Shown piece by piece: positions 13,128 to 22,899 of a stretch of DNA of 64,000 nucleotides. The translations under genes were made by a program, and so were the position numbers. Numbering within the stretch: position 1 is the first letter of the stretch; every line of letters begins with the position of its first letter. The stretch is from Dimorphilus gyrociliatus (taxonomy: Eukaryota > Animalia > Annelida), in the NCBI GenBank assembly GCA_904063045.1, contig CAJFCJ010000020.1, forward strand, positions 1,542,916-1,606,915, given 5' to 3'. The notes under the pieces were generated by a model. It saw nothing but the letters and a program-made list of their open reading frames with translations, had not been told where the DNA came from and searched no databases.

Positions 13128-14279
13128 ATGGGATTTCCTCTGACGTTTAACGAAGTTATCATTGGCCTGACTCACAAGGTTCTTTTCAAAGCACAGTCGA
13201 CTGAAAGCATGTGTGAGCGAAACATGTTGCTAGACGGTTTTTACTCAACTCTGATAGATGAGTTTCCTTGGATAGTTAGAAATAGGTATACTGGTTTATC
13301 GAAAATATCGTGTGGTGCCCAAGGTATTGTCTGTTTGGCAAAGGATAATACTTCGAAAAATGTTGTAATCAAAAAATTACTTCGGCCTTTGGAGTCAAAT
13401 GGAAATGCTAAAAGGTCTTTAAGAGAAATACTGATTTTAAGATGTCTACGACAAGAACCCCACCCTCATATTATAAACTTCAAGGAAGTCTACACCACTG
13501 ATACTTCACCATCGTCATTGCGCAATATTTATTTGGTGACTGAATATATTGGTAAAGATCTTGCAGCTAGTCTGAGAGAAGTTGGAAGATATAATGAAGG
13601 TGATGCCTTAAAAATTACTAGTCAAGTCTTAAGTGGTTTGGCTTATCTTCATTCTGGGGGTATTTTGCATAGAGATCTTAAACCCAGTAACATAACTATC
13701 AGTGATAATTTTGAAGTGAAAATATTTGATTTTGGACTCTCCAGATCAGCAAGTGATGAAATGTCAGGGTATGTTGTTACCAGGCCATATAGAGCTCCCG
13801 AAATCACGTGTAATGGTAATTACTACAAAGCTAACGCAGATGTCTGGAGTGTTGGGTGCATACTAATGGAACTTTTGACAGGACAAATTCTCTTCCAGGG
13901 AACTTCTTCTATTGAGCATTTCAAAAATATCATTAATTTTGTTGGAACACCAAACGATTCAGTTCTTTCAAAAATACCATCGGCTATCAACTTCATTAAA
14001 AGCCTAAATTATAGACATCCAGTTGACCTTCATGATTATATTCCACATGTTCATGAAAGTATTATTCAGTTATTGCAAGCAATGTTGAGGTTTGACCCAG
14101 ATGATAGACCATCAGCCAAAGAAGCCTTAAAACACGACAGTTTCCGGTATTTCGGAGCGACCACCTACGTAGCAGATTGTGATTATAATTGTCCTATATG
14201 GGAAGTTCATTTTGATAGTCAAACTTTAGAGTTAGAAAATTTGAAAGAATTAATTTGGAATGAGTGTCAGAAAGGATAG
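13128..14279 (+). CDS. Divergent p38-like MAP kinase, copy 2 (single coding exon; true start may be a downstream Met)
   Basis: VIKKLLRP, AKRSLRE, HRDLKPSN, DFGLSRSASDEMSGYVVTRPYRAPE, DVWSVGCILMEL. Clearly paralogous to 8990-10042 (shared YST..D.FPW, PHPHII/SHPHII, VTEYIGKDL, DALKI..QVLS.LAYLHS.GILHRDLKPSN). Confidence 0.9.
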   Translation: MGFPLTFNEVIIGLTHKVLFKAQSTESMCERNMLLDGFYSTLIDEFPWIVRNRYTGLSKISCGAQGIVCLAKDNTSKNVVIKKLLRPLESNGNAKRSLREILILRCLRQEPHPHIINFKEVYTTDTSPSSLRNIYLVTEYIGKDLAASLREVGRYNEGDALKITSQVLSGLAYLHSGGILHRDLKPSNITISDNFEVKIFDFGLSRSASDEMSGYVVTRPYRAPEITCNGNYYKANADVWSVGCILMELLTGQILFQGTSSIEHFKNIINFVGTPNDSVLSKIPSAINFIKSLNYRHPVDLHDYIPHVHESIIQLLQAMLRFDPDDRPSAKEALKHDSFRYFGATTYVADCDYNCPIWEVHFDSQTLELENLKELIWNECQKG

Positions 14280-14513
14280 CTCTAACATTTTCTTCTAATT
14301 AAACTTGAAAAACTACTATTATTACTATTTATTTTTCTATATCTTGTTTGAATAATGTATCTATGAACATTTTACTTTATGAATAGATTGTTACCAAGCC
14401 GTTTATCATAAACACATTATGACCTTTTTAAAAAAAAAAGAATCGACTGATAATCATTAAGAATAAGTATTGAATAACGTCAGATATTCAAACGACCGCT
14501 ATCAGTAGTCTAC

Positions 14514-16121
14514 TTATTTATATCCATATTTTTCATCGTACAATTTGTTATCTTCCTCCATGATTGATCCCTGTATAGAGGGAACATAGACAACAACGGA
14601 GTCTGCTTCGCCAACCTTCAATTTTTGCTTAGGATGTTTTGGCAGCTGTTTAGCAATATAGCTGTCTCCTTGTCGAAAAGGGGAAAGTCCCGTCTGCTTA
14701 TACTCATAGCATAAGCAATCTATTTCATATTTCATATCACTGCACCGACGGCGTTCATCTTTTATTCGTAACAGATAATGATCGCGTAAATGACCCAATT
14801 TTGATTCAAAGTCAGCCGATAAATTCTCCGTTTCGGCTTGATGTTGCTTTCTCATGTTTGATAGAATGTAATTGAACTTAGCATTATATCTTGAATCTTT
14901 CACACACTGCTCTTTAGCGAGGCGATGTGAGTGATCCATCTTTTGTTTACGTGTAGCAAATATATTATAGAGAGAAGATAACGCGCTGTCTCTCTCTATC
15001 AATAATTCCTTTAGCCTGTCAGCAAAAATCGAGAAGATTTCTCCAACATGCTTTCTCCTTTCATTCTCAACGATGAACGTCAGTTGATCTCTGGGAAATT
15101 TTTCATTATTGCTACCATAAATCAATGTCCTCGGAACCAAATCCAAGTCGTTTTTGCGTTCTCCTTTTCGATAGATAAGTCCAATTTTTTTATTTCCTTC
15201 CAGCGTATAGACGGAGGGAGGCAATTTATTGTTAAACTTTTTTCGTAAGCTTGTGCAACAAGTTAAATTTTTACCATTCACATACAGTTCGTCAGTTTCC
15301 CATTTAGCAGCTACCTTTTGTATAGACCTGCTGAAAATCTGCTTCTTGACACTAACTGTTTCCAATACTGGTAAACCAAAAATGAAATCATCACTTTCAC
15401 AAAACTGGTCATATTCACATTGGTCATTTTCAAAATTTCTGGATTGGATAGTAGTATTTGTGTTAGAGTTACCATTGTCATCTTCCTCGTCAGAACTAAG
15501 AACGATAGCAGTTGTATTGCGAGTTAGTTTAACGTTGGTAAATTTTCCCGCGTCATTGTATTTTGTATTAGAGAATACAGTAGCTTTTCTCTGAGCTGGT
15601 TCCATTTTTATTCTGGGCGTTTCTTTTTGTACACTATTGTCACCCTCCTCCAATGTTGAGCCCATAGCTTTTCCTGACCATGATTGATCATTAGATAATG
15701 ATGAGGATGGATCCCCAAAGCTTAGTTTTCGATTTGATATGGAGGAATTGCTTGCCAAATCCTGAAAACTTGAACCAAAAGATTTAAAATCTCTTAATGC
15801 GTCAGATTTATCCAACTCCTGAAAGGATTTAACAGGAAGATTCAAAATTAAGGTTTCAAAGTGTTCATAATTTTCAAGCGAAGCAACCAGCTCGGTAACT
15901 ATGTTATTAAGAGTAGCTTCTTTCTGGCTTTCTGAATCGGATTCTGATTCAGATGTCAAATTCTGCATGTAAGAATCAAACTCCTCCTCATTAGCGGTTG
16001 AGCAATCGTCTTCTTTCCGTTTTTTTGGTATTAAACTCATAGAGAGGTCCTCTTCTGATTCTGAATCAAAGCAACCTTTGAATATATCATCATTTGAATC
16101 GGAATCAAAATTATTAGCCAT
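14514..16121 (-). CDS. Uncharacterised intronless protein: acidic/Ser-rich N-terminus and C-terminal coiled coil
   Basis: Long open frame (ORF track 558 aa from a TTG; first plausible ATG at 16121, MANNFDSDSNDD...). No family recognised. Confidence 0.65.
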   Translation of the reverse strand: MANNFDSDSNDDIFKGCFDSESEEDLSMSLIPKKRKEDDCSTANEEEFDSYMQNLTSESESDSESQKEATLNNIVTELVASLENYEHFETLILNLPVKSFQELDKSDALRDFKSFGSSFQDLASNSSISNRKLSFGDPSSSLSNDQSWSGKAMGSTLEEGDNSVQKETPRIKMEPAQRKATVFSNTKYNDAGKFTNVKLTRNTTAIVLSSDEEDDNGNSNTNTTIQSRNFENDQCEYDQFCESDDFIFGLPVLETVSVKKQIFSRSIQKVAAKWETDELYVNGKNLTCCTSLRKKFNNKLPPSVYTLEGNKKIGLIYRKGERKNDLDLVPRTLIYGSNNEKFPRDQLTFIVENERRKHVGEIFSIFADRLKELLIERDSALSSLYNIFATRKQKMDHSHRLAKEQCVKDSRYNAKFNYILSNMRKQHQAETENLSADFESKLGHLRDHYLLRIKDERRRCSDMKYEIDCLCYEYKQTGLSPFRQGDSYIAKQLPKHPKQKLKVGEADSVVVYVPSIQGSIMEEDNKLYDEKYGYK

Positions 16122-17143
16122 AGTTAATAAAGCAATGGGTGCTGAAAATAAAGAGCGGCAAAATAATAATTTGGTTCCTGTTACAAGCAAATTTTTAAAG
16201 ATTAAAATAAAATTGGAATTGGTGCCAGCGACTAAAAATCTTCTGATTGTTCGACTACAAGAAACTTTGAGAAAAAAATTATCTCCAAAGTTAAAAAATA
16301 TTTTATTTCATTAATTTTTAAACGAAGCAATTAACTGTTTTTTACAAGAAAGAAAACATTACACCATTTTTTTAGACAACACAATTGAGTACATTTGCAG
16401 TGGAGTCACTTCCTAATTTGCATAAGTTAACGGTACAAGACTTATGACAAATAATTATCTTCGTACTAAATTAGGGAAAGTACGAAAGCTATTTGGACAA
16501 CGACGTAAAACTACTTTACGACTTGGGCCAAGTGGGCATGCTTAACAATAGGGCAAACATGAGCGGTAAAAATTATCATGATAATAATTCAAAGAACTAT
16601 CTTTCATTGCGCAAACGGCATAAAAACTATAATGAAGTTGACAAAGATTGTAAGTAAAGAAAAAATAATGAAAAATTTTAAATTTTGACGCAATACGTGT
16701 TTTTCCTCCTTTGATTAGCGGAAGCGGAGAGCTCAAAGAAACATAAGGTAAACAAATTTTTATTATATTATTATTGCAAAATCAAGTTAAAGACAGCTAG
16801 AACGAATATTTTTGAAGACTTAATTCATTAAAATTTACTTAAAAATTAATTTCCGTTTATCATATACCGTTAGAAATCAGTACAAATAATTGCCGCCTGC
16901 TTTAAAAAAATGGAATTTTGTTTTTTGTTTAAATTAGGAAGAAATTGGCAACAATGAGTACAAAGAACAAAGAAGTGTTTCTCCGAATGTTGCTTGTATT
17001 AGTGGTGTAAGTTTTTTTTTTACCAAAATCAAAAGCACATTGTTGCACTCAAATAGAATGTTTGCTTTTTTTACTCTAAATATATACGAATATATATATA
17101 TATATGTTTGTAGCGGAATCAATATGTTGTTGATGTGAGAAAT

Positions 17144-18170
17144 ATGAACCTATTTTCAACCGAACAAGTAAAGTTCTTATTCAATAATAAGTATGTCGTC
17201 TTCATTGGGGATTCGGGTAATTAGTTAATCATTTTAATGCAGTTGTAAAAAGTAGAACTAAAAATTTTTGTTTTTAAGTCACAAGAGCGATATACAAAGA
17301 TTTCATATGTCTTTTGCAACAAAATCAATATGTTGAAGCAAATCAATTAAAAAGAAAGGTATAATCTTCTCGTTCTTTTATTTAACTATTTTAGATTAAT
17401 TAATTAATTAATCTATTTCCACTTGGAAGGGTGAACACTCTCACATGGGTGATCAACTGATAGAAGGAGGTCAATTGGGAGAAATGACGAATAAACGATC
17501 ATACAGGGAAGTTCGACAGTATTGGACCGATCATCACGTGGTTAGATTCTATTTTGTGACAAGAGTTTACAAGTCGGTTGAAAATTTTTTATATAAATAT
17601 ATTTAATGTAAGTTTATTGATATACGTTGAACAACCTACACAGTCCCTATGTTGAATCTATTCTGAAGGACTTTAAAGATGACCCAAAACCGGATTTTGT
17701 CATAATGAATTCCACTTTGTGGGATATTTCCCGTTACGGTAGTAATTCTATTGCAGAATACAAATCGAACTTAAACAAACTAATGCAACGGATGAAAGAA
17801 GTTCTTAAACCTTCAAAACACTTTTTGTGGTTGATTACACCCGAAACATCTCGGGAAATAAGAGTAATGTTCCATTATTTTGCATTTTCCAATTTATCAT
17901 TATATCTTTTTTTAGGGTGGTTTCCTACTACCGGGAAAATCAAAACTACATAGCGACCTTATATTTTCAACAACTCAAGCCAATCACTTTTGTTCTCAAA
18001 TTATTCCAACTTATGGTTTCGACGTGCTAGATCTCAATTACTTTATGCAAACGCAAAGTCATAAACGTGAAAGGGACGGAATTCACTGGAATAGCCAAGC
18101 TCATCGAAGAATAACGAATTATATTGTTCAACATCTATGTTCAGTTTGTATCGACAGGGGTAGCGATTAA
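17144..18170 (+). CDS. PCED1A: PC-esterase domain-containing protein 1 (FAM113, SGNH-like), multi-exon
   Basis: Spliced reading: MNLFSTEQVKFLFNNKYVVFIGDS|VTRAIYKDFICLLQ..|GEHSHMGDQLIEGG..YREVRQY..VRFYFVTRVY|..PDFVIMNSTLWDISRYG..|GGF...FDVLDLNY...RERDGIHWNSQAHRRIT. GDS and DGIH catalytic blocks are present. Confidence 0.85.
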
Positions 18171-18353
18171 CGAAAGGTAAGATGTGTTAAAAGAGTACAA
18201 CACTACTATTAGTCACTGTAACGTTGATTTGGTGATAATAAACAGCTTTTGAAAGATTGAAAAAGAGAAATGAAGGACTATTATAAATTAGTTACTTAAA
18301 AAGCATTTTTTATTTTATTACCAATTACAAAACTTTTAAAAATGATCAAAAAA

Positions 18354-19945
18354 CTAGTAAAAAAGAGAGATTAAAACAGATAAAAATACAAGTAATGAGC
18401 TAACCACAGACCCCCTGCAGCTAAATGATGTCTTCCCACCTTTATCTATTTGTGGTTCAGTCGTTTCTATTAGGATAGTAGTAATAAAATGTTTAGCGTA
18501 GATATCAAAGTAATTGTGCTTAAAACTTACCGTAAAGCTCTATTGACTTTGAAGTTTGCCCCAAAACTGTTTTTGCAATGCATTCGTAGGAACCATAATC
18601 GCTTGATTCAACAGAGAAGATGGTTAATTCAAACGTTAGTTTTCCATACGCTCCAGCTATAGCCTTTGTTTTCATACGATCGTTTGTTTTTAAAATTTGA
18701 GTGCCTTTCTTCCAGGCTAATTCCGACGTTCCTGTATCCTATTTGAAACGGGCAAATAAGCAATTTCAACTATTAAAACTAACTGTGCGAACCGTGGAAG
18801 GTGTGGGATTGGCTTCAATAAAACAACTTAAAGTTCTTTGATATCCAAGAGCTTGTCCAATTCGAAGTTCTGCTTGAGTTACTTTCGGTTCGTCTATTTA
18901 ATATTTGAGACAAATGAAATTAATCAAACAACCAATGACGGATTGTAAGGTGAATGACACTGAAATACTAACATCTAACTTTCAATTCAACATTTCTCTT
19001 AATAACACCCATCTCGTTGTACGCCGTACAAAAGTACATTCCTTTATCTCTGTAATTCACTTCTTTAATCAATAGTTTGTTTCCCTAAAGAAGGATATAC
19101 TTTATAAATGGATTATGAAATATTTTAATTAATTATTCACCAATCTCTCAACACCACCGGGAGGAGGGAGGACAGCATTTCCCTGCCTTCTCCATACTAT
19201 TGTTGGTGAGGGACGTCCTAATAGATGAAATAAAGTAGAATGCTATTTCATTAAAAATGTGCACTTAGTTAAATTTACCGGTAGCGAAACATTGCAGTAC
19301 AACATCTTCATCACCCTCTGCAACGTTCTCGTCGCTACTAGTTTTTTCTCCGTCAAATATTGGTGTTTCTATGAATGAAAAGATAGAAGATGAGAGAATA
19401 ATTCATTTTAATAAAATGAAAGTTTACTAACGTCTTGCAACAATAGTTCTTGTATCTCTAGCCTCTTGTTGTTGGTCAGTAATTTGGACGTAACAGGTAT
19501 AATTACCTTCGTCGTTAATGTGTAAAGCCTACAATAATAACAATAATAAACAATAAACAATAAACAATAAACAAACAATAGATACCTTTACGCGCAATCT
19601 ATAAGAGAAATCACTATTACTCTCTATAGCCCATTTCATATTATCTCCCTTAATTTGAAAGTTGCTTGAAATCTCCTTTGTTACCGGTCTGCCTTGTTTA
19701 CTAAAATATCTATATTTCCATTTTACCTATATTGTTTGTTTTTTTTTTGTAAATAACAAACAATTATTAATGAATCATTTAAAGATAATTAAAATAGTTT
19801 TACTTGCGATTCTCTCGGTAAATTTTCAACCGTACAATGCATCCAGACATCTTTACCAATTTCTCCTTTTATTAATCGATTTTTATGTGGTGGATCACTT
19901 TGGGTAATTTTAACGGTAGGTTGCATACTAGTCGAATCGACATCT
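18354..19945 (-). CDS. Three-Ig-domain, probably GPI-anchored adhesion protein (lachesin/IgLON/DIP-like); signal-peptide exon(s) upstream of 19945 not firmly located
   Basis: Exons encode ...GKDVWMHCTVENLPRESQ, ALHINDEGNYTCYVQ, DKGMYFCTAYNEMG and SSDYGSYECIAKTVLG (three Ig F-strand DxGxYxC motifs). The last exon ends ...SFSCRGSVVSSLLVFLSVLISLFY* (hydrophobic tail, no cytoplasmic part). Absent from the ORF track because the exons are short. Confidence 0.8.
19527..19578. repeat. (AATAAAC)n-like simple repeat filling an intron of the Ig gene
   Basis: acaataataacaataataaacaataaacaataaacaataaacaaacaatag lies between donor and acceptor. Confidence 0.8.
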
Positions 19946-20779
19946 ATATAATATATTAAAAATATATAGAATATATTAATAATCTATGAATTTTAATGAA
20001 TTAAAAATCAATTAATGATAATTAATAATTTACTTGAATATTGTAAAATAAATCCAAAAAGTATGATAAATGTAAAATAGTCCATCATTTTCAATCTAAC
20101 CTGTATAAGTTTTATTACTGATAATATTAACCTGTATAATTTCTTATCTTATCGTTTAACGTTGAAAAATATTCTTTTAATCTATTATATTTTTTTCTTA
20201 CTCCTATTGCCATCTTCAGGATTAAAATCTTCTTTTCATTTTTGTTTAATTTTCGGGATTTTATCTCTCTCTTTTTGTTATTTTTTTTTGAGTTTTAGTA
20301 TTTTAAGACTTATGACCTATTTTATTTATAGATTAATCATTTTTTAAGGTTGAAAATATGCTGGTTAGCTAGTTTGTCTATATTTCTTGTTTGTCTTATT
20401 TTATTTAACCATATAGTACAATAAAATGTTCATTTTTGTATTAAAATGGAAAGAGTGGAATGTATAGGCCTATTGAAGCGCCATCTGCGTATGCACCCTC
20501 TACCAAGTAACGCGAGACCGTATAAACACTAAGAACTCTGGAAATCTAGGACGAATGCAGTCTGCGCTAAATATACACATATATAGAACTCTGCACTAAT
20601 ATACACTTTGGATAAGAGTGGTAAGTCTTATATATATATATATCTGTATATTCGAATTATTGCACATCTTATATTATAATTAGATAATAGATCTATGAAT
20701 TAGGATAAAGAATTCGCTATATTTCATTGAGAGAGGAAGCGTAGAAAGAGAAAAAGAAAAGAGAGGAAGAGAGAAAAGA

Positions 20780-22798
20780 ATGAATAGATTGAAAGAGTTA
20801 TCTTTTGAAGTTGAAAAAGAGACCACCTGTTTAACGGGAGTAGTTGACAAATTTGAAATTAGCTTAAAGGATGATTTGGAAAAGTTTTCAACCTTAGCAA
20901 CAGACGGAGAAAGATTAAAGTTTCTAGATATTCACAATTTTGCTTCTTTAATAGATATTAAAGAAGGATTTGAGAGGAAAGATAAGGTATTATCTGAACA
21001 ATACAGGGGCGATGGAAATGGATCGTTCAAGGCTAAAAAGTTTAACGATGCTTTACAAAAGTATAATTTAGCTGTTAGATATGCCCCATTCGATGGAGAT
21101 GTATTGACTATGGCGTTAGGAAATCGCTCGGCCGTCTTTTTCAGAATGAAAATGTACGATGAATGCATAAAGGACATTGAGCGAGCGCTCAGTATGGGTT
21201 ATCCTAAAGCCTTATCCTATAAGCTCCATTATAGAAAATACAAGTGTTTCTATATGAAAAAGAGTTTTGAGAAATCTGTCGATTGTCTAAAGGTAAACTA
21301 CATACTTTCCTTTATAGCAATATTTCTAAAACGCTTTTAGAAAAGTGACATCTAGCGTCAAAGTATCTTAATGTTTGTATTTTCTCATTTTACAGGAGTT
21401 TAAAGAATCGTTAAAAGACGCTTCAATAGATAGGAAAGAAAGAGATTCTTATGAAAAGTCGTATGAAAACGATTTACGTCGTTGTCTAAACGAAAAGTTA
21501 CAAGATGAAATAATAGTTGAAGAGGAGAAACAACACCACGCAGCCATGGATGAAAACCTTATTGTTAAAACATCGAAAAGTCGGGGACGCTATATTGTTC
21601 CTAAAACGGATATGGATATAGGAGACGTCTTGGGCGTGGAGAAGCCAATAGCAAGTGTTCTATATGAAGAATATTACGATACAAGATGCTATGGTTGTCA
21701 AAAGAAATTTACGTCTCTTCTACCGTGTAGAAGTTGCGCAAAAATAGTATACTGCAGTCCAGAATGCGAAGAAGATGCCTGGAATCTTTATCATAAATAT
21801 GAATGCGAATATATGGATTTTCTCTCATATTCATGGATGAGCCGTATTGGTCTTTTAGCATTAAGGTAAATTGTGATGATGTATATATAAGCCATTAGAG
21901 TAATACTATTGTTGCTTTATTAAGACATAATGAATTTTTACCACACAGAGTTTTCATGACGATTAGATGTAAACATCTAGATGACGTTTGTAATTTAATA
22001 GTTCATGATAATGAACGACAATCAGACGTACTGTTGCAATTCACGATAGTGGCTAAAATCTTGGAGGAAATTTGTAATTTGAGCAGTTTTGTACCCGAAG
22101 AAGAAAGGGATAAAAGCGGGCAACTCTTATTGAATTTATTGAAAATTTGCCAGTGTAACAGCTATTGTATAAGTGAAATGTTTGGCAATTCATTTAGGGA
22201 GAGTAAGCCAAAGGATATTGGGGTGGCGCTTTATAAAAAGGCGTCTTTTTTCAATCACAGCTGTAACCCAGATCTAGATATAATCTTTCAAGGATCAACA
22301 GCTTTCTTTAAAGCTATCAGGAGTATTAAAGCTGGCAAAGAGGTCTGTCTTGATTATGGCTACGTCTATACAACTGATTCAATCCAACTAAGGAGAGCTG
22401 CTCTGGCTAGCCAATACTATTTTGATTGCGAATGCCAACCTTGTTCTGAGAATTGGCCGACATTTGATTATCAGGAATCGTCGGTGCCCACCTTCAAGTG
22501 TCCCGAATGCGATGCAATACTGAATATAAATGAATTAGCAGACGAAAAATTTGCTACCTGTTCTGCTTGTAAGACAAGCCAAGACGTCGTAAAAAATTTA
22601 GGTCAATTACAAGATTCACATGAAAAATACGCAAGTGCCTTAACAAGAGCAGCGTACGGCGACTTAAAATCAGCTCTTGCGGATATGATACAACATTTAA
22701 AACTTACCGAAAAGCTTATAGCGCCGCCATTCAAAGATTATTCTTCTTGTCAAGCAGCTGTTAAACAATGTTTTCGATTGATGGCTAACGATAATTAA
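20780..22798 (+). CDS. SMYD4: SET and MYND domain-containing protein 4-like (3 coding exons: 20780-21292, 21396-21866, 21925-22798)
   Basis: TPR region (GNGSFKAKKFNDALQKYNLA..ALGNRSAVFF), split SET start (SRGRYIV), MYND finger (CYGC..CRSC..YCSPEC..W..YHKYEC), FNHSCNP, LDYGY and YYFDCECQPC. Confidence 0.9.
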
Positions 22799-22899
22799 AA
22801 ATGCTATTTAAAGTCACTTTGGGTATGAGTTACATTTATAGCAATGAGCTCAAAAATACAACAACAATCGTTTTCATCACATTTATAACAAGGGTTGTT

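Noticed and set aside
1258-15594. Short antisense or alternative-frame ORFs overlapping long genes (e.g. 138-374, 5873-6133, 9586-9795, 15229-15594)
   Set aside because: Shadow ORFs of real coding exons with no recognisable motifs.
19088-19100. TATATCCTT on the - strand in the Ig gene
   Set aside because: It lies just upstream of an acceptor (..CTTTAG|GGAAAC), not at a donor, so it is not a U12 5' splice site.
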